Of a stretch of 45,218 nt of DNA, positions 37,706 to 45,218 are shown one piece after another. The DNA is taken from the NCBI GenBank assembly GCA_012523355.1, contig JAAYIR010000045.1, forward strand, positions 1 through 45,218, written 5' to 3'. The position numbers and the translations under genes are program-made. The stretch's first letter is position 1. Each line of letters opens with the position of its first letter. Origin of the DNA: a candidate division WS1 bacterium (GTDB lineage: Bacteria; Armatimonadota; Zipacnadia; Zipacnadales; Zipacnadaceae). The notes beneath the pieces were generated by a model. It was given only the letters and a program-made list of their open reading frames with translations. It did not search any database and was not told the DNA's origin.

Positions 37706-39925
37706 ATGCGTATGGCAACTCTGCGAGGTTTCTCTCTTCTGGCGCTGAGCGTGGTGCTGGGCAGCGCAGCGTGGCCCGCGCTGGGGGCGTCACCTTTCCG
37801 CAATATCAACAACACCCCGTTTCGCACGCGCTGCAATGGGCCGCAGGGAGCCCTCCTGGCACCGGCGGAGCAGGCCGGCATACAACCGATGGCGGCACCC
37901 TCTGTAGTTGCTTCCCAACACAACGCCGCAGGTTTGGGCCGCGCCCAGCGTGCACTGCGGCTCCTGCAACAGATGTGGGTCAAGAGCCCGCGGGCAGAAG
38001 TGCGTTTCCCCCGGCTGATGTATCGCATGGCCAACGGGCAATTGGTGCTACCTGCCCTGGCGAGTGCCATGCAGACCCCCACAGCGGTCGGCGACCCGGA
38101 CAACAATCTCACTTTTGAGTTCCAGGGCTTTACGGCTCCGGACCAGCAAGCTCTGGCGGCCTACCTCCAGAACGCCTACCCCAAGATGCGTCAGGTGTAT
38201 GGCCCTCCGGCCTTCAACCAGACTGTCACCATTATCCAAGATAGCTCCATCCAAGCGGTACAGGGCGGGGTCTATGACGTCTCCTCCCACCAGATCCGCA
38301 TCCCGCCGCTCTCCGGCAACTTTGAGGAAGACACCTTCTCCCTGTGCATGTTAGTGCTGCACGCCTTCCGCGGTGAGACAGCGCTCTTCTACGATGTGTG
38401 GGAAAGTGGTATGGCAGGTGCTGCCGCCACCGTCGTGCAGACCACCTCAGGTGTCTCCCCCGGGTATAACCCTGTAGATCCAGGCCCCTTCTATGCCTGG
38501 TCCGTATATGAGGCACAGAATCAGCCGGCGTTAGCCAATAGCACGTTCTATCCTGCCTCCGGATTTGCGGGCATGCTCTACTTCCGCATCTGCATGGCCC
38601 GAACCGTCTGGCTCAAGTGCTGGGCCGAGAACAATGACTTCTTCCGCGCCTTCAACCAAGCCTACTATGCTGCCTACAGCTCTACACTCCCGGGGGACGT
38701 GCCAGCCCTGAAGGACGTCGGCGCTCAGGTACTGCCGCAGGTCGAGGGGATGTCCTGGTATGACTGGTACCAACGCCAGTATATCCTGGATACCTCCGTG
38801 CACGGAGGGCTTAAGCTCTATACCTGGAATGCGCCAACTGTGGACGGCGTAATCCTGCTGGTTGACCACTACCTGACGAGTGCCGATGGTGACGAGTCTC
38901 CCCGGGGAGGCACCGGCAGACTCACCTACTGGAACTATGATTTCTCGCTCAGCCTGTACGTAGAACCCAGCGATACCACGGTTACGGTGCCCGCCTCCGG
39001 TCCCGGAGCAGGAGAAGGCGCCCTCTTCCCCAAGTTCACGAGCATAGGCGGTCCACAGCGGATAACGGTTCAGCTTGACCTCAACGGCATGCGGGGACAA
39101 TACCCCTACCCGTACGGGGTGCGAGGAGACCAGTCCGGGGAGAATGATTTCTACGGCGCGGTCATGGAGGGCCCTTCCGCGACGTTGGACATCTCAGGGG
39201 CCTATACCAAGAGCGGCTTGACAGCGAATCGGGGAGTGTTCGGAACCTCCCTCAGTGGATCGCGACTTTCGCCCAGTCAGATCGTTGTCCAAGTAGCTAA
39301 CCCACAAGGTCAGATGGTCACCCGGACCATTAACGTCGGCTGGGACTCCTACGTCACGTTTCTCCCCGGAGGAGGACAGGCGGGTCTGACCCATACGTGG
39401 GAGAAGCAGGGGAATGGCATAATTATGATGTCCCTGCCGGTTGAGCCACTGCAGACCAACGCGGCCGTCGTTCTGGGGATTGATGCGCGCAAGCTGCTGT
39501 TGGCCCGCTGGGACCCCACCGCTCCGCCCGATGGTGCCTACCGGATTTGGCCTACCACGGAACCCTTCCAGCCAGGACGCGCGTACTGGCTCAAGTTGCC
39601 TGCGGACCTGACAGTGAATGCGGAGGGGCTGTTGCCGCCGCCGGGTCAGGATTATACGGTACCCCTGTCCCTGGGGTGGAACATGGTGGGCAGCCCGCGC
39701 CAGACTCCGGTCCTGGTTACAGACTTGAGGGTACAGACCGGCACCGACGAGACGATCTCCTTCGCTGAAGCTATCAATCGGGGACTGGTGCAGAGGGGTT
39801 TCTATGCGTATACTCCCGGGACCGGGTACCAACTGGCAGACACCCTGGACCCCTTTGATGGCTATTGGCTCCGCTGCCTGGTCCCCGGCGGCGCACGTCT
39901 CATCTTCCCGGCGGTGAGCTCATGA
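37706..39925 (+). CDS. Secreted protein with degenerate zincin-like domain and beta-rich C-terminal domain
   Basis: Signal peptide; GGVYD...MLVLHAF...WESGMA; C-terminal PGRAYWLK...LSLGWNMVGSP...PFDGYWLR. Confidence 0.7.
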   Translation: MRMATLRGFSLLALSVVLGSAAWPALGASPFRNINNTPFRTRCNGPQGALLAPAEQAGIQPMAAPSVVASQHNAAGLGRAQRALRLLQQMWVKSPRAEVRFPRLMYRMANGQLVLPALASAMQTPTAVGDPDNNLTFEFQGFTAPDQQALAAYLQNAYPKMRQVYGPPAFNQTVTIIQDSSIQAVQGGVYDVSSHQIRIPPLSGNFEEDTFSLCMLVLHAFRGETALFYDVWESGMAGAAATVVQTTSGVSPGYNPVDPGPFYAWSVYEAQNQPALANSTFYPASGFAGMLYFRICMARTVWLKCWAENNDFFRAFNQAYYAAYSSTLPGDVPALKDVGAQVLPQVEGMSWYDWYQRQYILDTSVHGGLKLYTWNAPTVDGVILLVDHYLTSADGDESPRGGTGRLTYWNYDFSLSLYVEPSDTTVTVPASGPGAGEGALFPKFTSIGGPQRITVQLDLNGMRGQYPYPYGVRGDQSGENDFYGAVMEGPSATLDISGAYTKSGLTANRGVFGTSLSGSRLSPSQIVVQVANPQGQMVTRTINVGWDSYVTFLPGGGQAGLTHTWEKQGNGIIMMSLPVEPLQTNAAVVLGIDARKLLLARWDPTAPPDGAYRIWPTTEPFQPGRAYWLKLPADLTVNAEGLLPPPGQDYTVPLSLGWNMVGSPRQTPVLVTDLRVQTGTDETISFAEAINRGLVQRGFYAYTPGTGYQLADTLDPFDGYWLRCLVPGGARLIFPAVSS

Positions 39926-41151
39926 GCCGGGGACCGTTCATGCGTGGGAATCCGAGACTTGCGATGCTCCTCCTCGTGGTAGCCGGAGCGGGAGTGGCGG
40001 GTTGCGGGGGAATAGGCTCAGGCGATGTCCAGACCCCGAACACGGCCACCGTGGTGGTGGAGACAGTGGAGCAGGGCACTACGACCCTGCTCCCCGTCGC
40101 AGCCAACATCGTGGTGGGGGGCATTCGCGGAACGGTAGATATGACTCAGCACTGGGTCATCCTCAGTGGGATTCCCCTGGATTCTGACAACCAACAACCC
40201 CTGACCGCGACTGCACCGGGGTATGTCACGGTCACGCAGACCGTTCAACTGAGCCCGTTTTCCTATACTACTGTGACCGTGGAAATGGCTCGGGCGGACA
40301 TCAATCAGACAGCAACCGTACAAGGCAGAGTCACCAACGGCGATAGCGGTGCGGGGGTCGCCAATGCTCTTGTCACCTTCATTCCTTCAGTCGGGAGTCC
40401 CGTATCGGGCTATACCGACAGCACGGGCCTGTACGTCATTGGAGGGATCGTCGCCGGGCCGGCAGAGGTGACCGTCAAAGCCATGGGCTATCTGGAAGGC
40501 ACGGCCACCACCGCCCTGATGGACGACGCCAGCGGCACTAATGATCCGGTGAATATCGCTCTGGTCAGCGGCAGCACCAAGGTGACCGTGACCGGCCGGG
40601 TGCTGCGTATGGGCCCGGAGACTCCCGTCGGAGGGGCCGAGGTCACCCTCGCCCAACTGAATCCTGTTACCACCGACGCACAAGGGAACTTCACCGTGAC
40701 CGAAGTCCCGGTCGGTCAGCAGACTGTTGTGGCGACGGCTCCGGGATACGACACGAGGACTCTCACGGCTGAAATCACCCCTACCATGGGGCCACTGATC
40801 ATCTACCTGCCGCCAACCTCGCCCGGACCGCCGCCTGCTCCCTACACCATATCCGGCGTCGTGACACTCATGGGAAAGAGTGACAACTCCGGCGCAACAG
40901 TTACGGCCACAGACCAGGCCACGGGGCAGATGGCGGGTTCCAGCACAACCGATGCAGCCGGGAATTACTACCTGTTCGTCCCGCCGGGCACTTACCGTCT
41001 CACGGTTAGCTATGGCACACACTCTGTGAGCCAGAGCGTGACTTTGCTGGGCGGAGGGCGTACACTAACGGGTGTGAACTTTACACTGGCAGTCACCCCA
41101 ACCGTATCGGGACTCTCAGTCAGCCAAAGAATAAGGGTCGTGGGGAAGTGA
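39922..41151 (+). CDS. Lipoprotein with about four carboxypeptidase-regulatory-like (Ig/transthyretin-like) domains
   Basis: Lipobox VAGC; repeated V.GRV...GA.V...TD..G.Y/F...P.G...A.GY units; ATGA overlap with upstream gene. Confidence 0.85.
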   Translation: MSRGPFMRGNPRLAMLLLVVAGAGVAGCGGIGSGDVQTPNTATVVVETVEQGTTTLLPVAANIVVGGIRGTVDMTQHWVILSGIPLDSDNQQPLTATAPGYVTVTQTVQLSPFSYTTVTVEMARADINQTATVQGRVTNGDSGAGVANALVTFIPSVGSPVSGYTDSTGLYVIGGIVAGPAEVTVKAMGYLEGTATTALMDDASGTNDPVNIALVSGSTKVTVTGRVLRMGPETPVGGAEVTLAQLNPVTTDAQGNFTVTEVPVGQQTVVATAPGYDTRTLTAEITPTMGPLIIYLPPTSPGPPPAPYTISGVVTLMGKSDNSGATVTATDQATGQMAGSSTTDAAGNYYLFVPPGTYRLTVSYGTHSVSQSVTLLGGGRTLTGVNFTLAVTPTVSGLSVSQRIRVVGK

Positions 41152-42272
41152 AGGAATACGCTGCCGGTATGAAAGCGTTGTTGCTCCTGGTAGCCTGGTT
41201 GTTGGTCTCGGGAAGCGGAGCCGTCCAGCCGGCAACTGCTCCGACGGCGGAAGCGCTCCCCAACAGCTGCACCGCCGGCGAGGAGCACGCGTCGGTATTT
41301 ACTCCGTACGCGCTCGCTAGCGGACGTCCGGCCTGGGCACCACTTGAACTGATCTGGGGGCAACTGCAGTACCGATCCGCTTTGGAGAGCATTCTCCTCG
41401 ACGGGGACTCCACTGCCCGCAACCGAGCCGCGCTGGCTCTGGGTCTGATAGGCGCGCAGGAATCGCGGGAGAGGCTGGCAACGACGATGACCCAGGCCGA
41501 GAACGATATCCGGCCCTGGGCCGGCCTGGCGCTGTGCTACCTGGGCGACCCACGCGGCGCGAATGAAGCACGCCGTCTCTTGACCACGGGTGAGCCTTGG
41601 GTTCGCTACTACGCCGTGGTGGGGCTCTGGCGCCTGGATTCTCCTGAGGCTCGTAGTCTCCTCAAGAAGTCCTACCCCACACAGGAGCCTTTCGTCCAAG
41701 CCATAATCTCCCAGGCTCTCCACAGCGCTCCCTGGCAGCCACCCAGTCGAGCGCAAACCCGCCAAACGACTTTCACACTCACACCCAATCAGTTGTGGAC
41801 CGAGATGGCCAGTCAGCTGGATCTCATCTGCGATTACTGGTGGCATCAGGGAGATTATGAGCAGTGCTGCCGGATCATGGAGACCGCCATCTTCTTCTGC
41901 CCGCAACGCGTGGACCTCTACGACAACATTGCGTGGTTGCAGTGGAGCCTGGGCCATGATGAGGTGGCGGTGAGAACCCTGAACCGCGGTTTATCCAACA
42001 ACCCGGGGAGTTGGCACGCGCACTTCAATCTGGGCTGGCACTATTTCAACACGAAGCGCTACGCCGAGGCTCTCCCCCACCTCCAGGCAGCGGCCACAGA
42101 TTCGAATGAGTGGTGTGAACCGATGCATCTCTATGCCCACACGCTGGAACGTTTGAGCCGCGGGCAAGAGGCCCTGCGCGTCTGGGAGGACTGCGTCGAG
42201 CGGTTCCCGGAGGATGTGGTGGGGAAGCGCAACCTCGAGCGCGTACGCCAGCGGTATTCCGGTTCGCAGTAA
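41148..42272 (+). CDS. Secreted HEAT-repeat + TPR protein
   Basis: Signal peptide; ARNRAALALGLIG and VRYYAVVGLWRL HEAT-like units; several TPRs; GTGA overlap. Confidence 0.8.
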   Translation: MKEYAAGMKALLLLVAWLLVSGSGAVQPATAPTAEALPNSCTAGEEHASVFTPYALASGRPAWAPLELIWGQLQYRSALESILLDGDSTARNRAALALGLIGAQESRERLATTMTQAENDIRPWAGLALCYLGDPRGANEARRLLTTGEPWVRYYAVVGLWRLDSPEARSLLKKSYPTQEPFVQAIISQALHSAPWQPPSRAQTRQTTFTLTPNQLWTEMASQLDLICDYWWHQGDYEQCCRIMETAIFFCPQRVDLYDNIAWLQWSLGHDEVAVRTLNRGLSNNPGSWHAHFNLGWHYFNTKRYAEALPHLQAAATDSNEWCEPMHLYAHTLERLSRGQEALRVWEDCVERFPEDVVGKRNLERVRQRYSGSQ

Positions 42273-42377
42273 GGAAACCCTATCCGAGACCTTAGGCGGG
42301 GAACACACTTCCACCGCGAAACAGAGCCCTTCAACGGCGATATCCGCACCTGCAGACTGGGCAAGTGAACGCCGACA

Positions 42378-43499
42378 TCAGGGAGACTGCGGCGGGACAC
42401 GCCTCGCTGGAGTCGAGGGCGGCGCAGAAGGCGTTTCTGAACCGCGGGGGGCTGTGCGAGGCCCTGGAGGCGCCGGCGTTACTGTGGGGCCTTCGGTTTC
42501 GGTGGCCGAGTCGTCTTCCTCGTTCGCGGGAGTCTCTGTAACCGTCTCGGCGGAGGGCTCGCCAGTGTTGGTACGCGTGCGCCCGGGTGCCACGGTGACA
42601 GTGACGGTTATCGTGCCGGATGTCACTGGCCGGATCCCGGTTGGCAAGTCCACCTCCGTAGTGTAGGTCCTCGTCCCCCGCAAGTCAGAGATGTTGATTC
42701 TCTTGGTGGGCACGCGCGCCAGTCGTTCGAGCACAGCTGCCTCTCCGCTGACAGTCACCTCGGGCGGCTCAACCCGCACTGCAGCCACGTAGAACCCTTC
42801 TGGCGGAGACCCGACCCGGGGCTCGATTCGCACTGTACGGCTGGGGGCCTTGGTCACAGGAATAGTGACTGTCCCTTCCACCGGGTCTACCCTGATTCCT
42901 CCACGAGCCTCTCCGCGTTCGTTCACCGCCCGCAACTGGGCGTTGACTTCCATGCTACTGCTAGTGCCCGAGACATCTACGTGAGCCACAATATGATGCA
43001 CGTCTGCCAGCAGTGAGTCTGGCCCTCGAACCTTCGCTTCCGCTGGCCGCACCTGGGGGCTGCTGATGACGTACCCCTCGGCCGGGCGGCCCTTCGTCTT
43101 GACCACCACCGGCAGAACGACCTCAGTCAGCTTGTCCAATGTGACTTGGGCCTCGCGGATGCTCATGTTGACCACATCCACGCCAACCCTCGAGGGCTCT
43201 GCAACTAACGATACCTTGTGCTCACCAGCCGAGAGACCGCTCAGATCGCCCAGAAGCTGAATCTCACCAGGCTTAATCTCCCGCACAATACGCCGCAGTC
43301 CCCGTACGGTGATCCTCGCCGTGTCAGGGCTCTTGCGCAGCAGCATCAGACCGTCCGGGATGTTCACCAGCAGCACCTGAACCTGCACCTCCCGTGTCTC
43401 GGGAGGGTTCTCGGCAATCGTCACGAAGCCCCAGAGGACTATCGCCACGATCAGCGACACTAGCTCAAGCCCCAAATTGTGTCTGATTGCACTTATCAC
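42378..43499 (-). CDS. cdaR: CdaR (YbbR-domain) regulator of diadenylate cyclase
   Basis: SLIVAIVLWGFV TM, three YbbR-like repeats (V.G...L), downstream of cdaA. Confidence 0.88.
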   Translation of the reverse strand: MISAIRHNLGLELVSLIVAIVLWGFVTIAENPPETREVQVQVLLVNIPDGLMLLRKSPDTARITVRGLRRIVREIKPGEIQLLGDLSGLSAGEHKVSLVAEPSRVGVDVVNMSIREAQVTLDKLTEVVLPVVVKTKGRPAEGYVISSPQVRPAEAKVRGPDSLLADVHHIVAHVDVSGTSSSMEVNAQLRAVNERGEARGGIRVDPVEGTVTIPVTKAPSRTVRIEPRVGSPPEGFYVAAVRVEPPEVTVSGEAAVLERLARVPTKRINISDLRGTRTYTTEVDLPTGIRPVTSGTITVTVTVAPGRTRTNTGEPSAETVTETPANEEDDSATETEGPTVTPAPPGPRTAPRGSETPSAPPSTPARRVPPQSP

Positions 43500-43520
43500 T
43501 GAAGCTGGATCCTCTGCACG

Positions 43521-44333
43521 TCACTTGCGCCAGAAGAAGCGCTTCTCCTGCAGCTGCGATTCGAACATCTCCATCAGTCGCTCGGTGAGTTGCGGGCGCT
43601 GCAGCGCAGGGCTCAGGGTGCCATTGACGGCCAGCGAGACATTGCCGGTCTCTTCGGATATCACGATTACCGCGGCATCCGTCCGCTCTGCCAGTCCCAG
43701 AGCCGCACGGTGACGCATTCCGGTTTCGGTAGACAGCCCAGGCCGCTCGGAGTGGGGCAGGACACAGGAGGCGGCCAGAAGTTCGGCGCCCCGTATGACG
43801 ACGGCACCGTCATGAAGTGGCGTGCGCGGGTTGAATATGGTCATCAGGAGCTCGACTGACACACGACCGTTGATCGCCTTGCCAGTACGGATGATATCCG
43901 ACAGCCGCTGCGAGCGCTCCATCACGATCAGTGCGCCGTGGCCTTTCTCCGCCATACGAAAGGCTGCCTCCACTACACTCGTGATAACATCCGGTACGCT
44001 TCCCCCCCCTACCGCGCTGAAACGCAACCCAAGGAAGTGCCCTCTACCCAGGTGTTCTAACGCCATTCGCAACTCTGGCTGGAATATGACCACGAGAGCG
44101 ATGAGGGCGACCGGAACGAGTGCACGCAAGATGTAGTTCAGAGTGGGCAACCAGGAGGAGATGAGGAAGATGAGCAGGAGGAGTCCCAGTCCACGGAACA
44201 GCGGTACCGCCCGTGTTCCTCGCATCAAGAGAAGGAGCCGGTAGACGAGATAGGCAACAATCAGGATGTCCAGCGCGTCCAGCCACCGGAGATTGTGCAG
44301 GATCTGCCGGAATGTCTCGAGAAGTTCATTCAT
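43521..44333 (-). CDS. cdaA: Membrane diadenylate cyclase CdaA
   Basis: Three TM, VIFQPELR, PLHDGA, GMRHRAA, ISEETG. Confidence 0.96.
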   Translation of the reverse strand: MNELLETFRQILHNLRWLDALDILIVAYLVYRLLLLMRGTRAVPLFRGLGLLLLIFLISSWLPTLNYILRALVPVALIALVVIFQPELRMALEHLGRGHFLGLRFSAVGGGSVPDVITSVVEAAFRMAEKGHGALIVMERSQRLSDIIRTGKAINGRVSVELLMTIFNPRTPLHDGAVVIRGAELLAASCVLPHSERPGLSTETGMRHRAALGLAERTDAAVIVISEETGNVSLAVNGTLSPALQRPQLTERLMEMFESQLQEKRFFWRK

Positions 44334-44373
44334 GGCGTGTACGAGCCGCTGGCACCCGCTAGAAGTCGAGCAG

Positions 44374-44403
44374 AATATAGCACAGGCGCAGGAGCAGCGT
44401 CAA
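44374..44403 (-). promoter_or_regulatory. Probable cdaA promoter
   Basis: TTGACG-18 nt-TATATT with extended TG. Confidence 0.55.
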
Positions 44404-44529
44404 TCAACGCCACGTCCAGGAGAGAGTGTGATCAGACCGCTGGGCCCGCTCGCAGAGAGCCAGCTGGGCCCGACGCCTTGAGTCGTCCACGCGGCAGGTA
44501 GGCGGTTGACACTCGAGCCCGGGTGACGG

Positions 44530-44558
44530 TTGAACTGCGCGAGAGTTGCTGCTATAAT
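44530..44558 (+). promoter_or_regulatory. Promoter of tRNA-Asn
   Basis: TTGAAC-17 nt-TATAAT with extended TG. Confidence 0.75.
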
Positions 44559-44597
44559 GCTGGGGCTGTCAACGATCGGCAATCTCTTCGCCGTGGT

Positions 44598-44672
44598 TCC
44601 CCGGTAGCTCAATGGTAGAGCAACCGGCTGTTAACCGGTTGGTTGGTGGTTCGAATCCGCCCCGGGGAGCCA
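44598..44672 (+). tRNA. tRNA-Asn (GTT)
   Basis: Acceptor TCCCCGG/CCGGGGA, anticodon arm ACCGG-CTGTTAA-CCGGT, GGTTCGAAT, encoded CCA. Confidence 0.95.
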
Positions 44673-45218
44673 GTCAGAACACCTCGCCCCTTCTGCTATC
44701 CAACAGAAGGGTTTTCGGTACTCTGGGAGCAGGTTTTCGCCATCGAAGGTGCAGTTCGATAGTAGAATATCGAGGAGCTTCCGCCTTTCGAGGGGATCTT
44801 GCCGAATCCACAGCGAATAGGCCTTGCTTGCGAGTTCGAGAATCCGGCTGCCCTCTTCGAAGTAACACTGGTTAGCGTTCTCGTACCGCTCCAAGCTCGC
44901 CCGGACCCGAACCTGGGCGCCCCGCCACTCGGCGCTTTTTGCCCGCCATGTCTCTTCCGATATCGTACCGTCCAGCTTGTCTTCGTATGACTGCTCGACC
45001 CGATTCTGCAGCCGGACGTATTCCCGTTGCAGCGTCTCGATCTGGCCGGCATGGAACTCGCGTTCAGCGGTATGGCTTTCCCGGAGGGCCTGGATGATCC
45101 AGTCCGCCGTGGCGCTGTCAATGGCGACGGCCTTCACGACGTCGCCAAGTAGTTCCTCAAGTTTCTCCTCTCGAATCGCTCGCTTGTCGCAGCCGCCGCG
45201 GAATCCGGTGCAGTGATA
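44631..45218 (-). CDS. Large serine recombinase, C-terminal part (starts outside window); edge of an integrated element
   Basis: YHCTGFRGGC zinc-ribbon, IREEKLEE, coiled coil, YEDKLDGTIS, ERRKLL; ends WLPGADSN, which is antisense to the tRNA. Confidence 0.85.
   Translation of the reverse strand, partial: YHCTGFRGGCDKRAIREEKLEELLGDVVKAVAIDSATADWIIQALRESHTAEREFHAGQIETLQREYVRLQNRVEQSYEDKLDGTISEETWRAKSAEWRGAQVRVRASLERYENANQCYFEEGSRILELASKAYSLWIRQDPLERRKLLDILLSNCTFDGENLLPEYRKPFCWIAEGARCSDWLPGADSNHQPTG
44688..44715 (+). terminator. Intrinsic terminator for tRNA-Asn, antisense within the recombinase CDS
   Basis: CCCTTCTG-ctatccaa-CAGAAGGG-TTTT, 15 nt after CCA. Confidence 0.6.

Noticed and set aside
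42378-44333. cdaA-cdaR as a novel nucleotide-signalling or defence system
   Set aside because: Standard housekeeping c-di-AMP module; only the usual glmM neighbour is absent.

Overview
GC-rich bacterial chromosomal window, mostly housekeeping. The mix of Terrabacteria-type genes (fhaA/fhaB-rodA-pbpA-PASTA kinase, cdaA-cdaR) with a large outer-membrane-like beta-barrel suggests a diderm Terrabacteria lineage such as Armatimonadota; this is inference. Left to right: an EFG-less complex I (nuo) operon on the minus strand with two inserted genes; a small basic ORF plus tRNA-Met; accB; hom-thrC; a DUF559 endonuclease cassette; purC-tilS-ftsH-folK; a NagB-like gene; an FHA/RodA/HAD/PBP/Ser-Thr kinase cluster; a solo rpsR; M48-TPR protease; metallophosphoesterase; two-subunit Fe-S fumarase; a cluster of secreted and outer-membrane proteins; cdaAR; tRNA-Asn; and the 3' end of a large serine recombinase. 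The strongest new signal is a 700-bp cassette at the thrC 3' end. There a Vsr-like DUF559 nuclease sits among structured palindromic repeats with covarying stems, flanked by two mostly synonymously diverged copies of the last 12 thrC codons. A solo copy of the repeat lies inside the nuo operon. The second candidate is a translationally coupled operon built around a SprA-motif beta-barrel, with apparent pseudo-enzymes.
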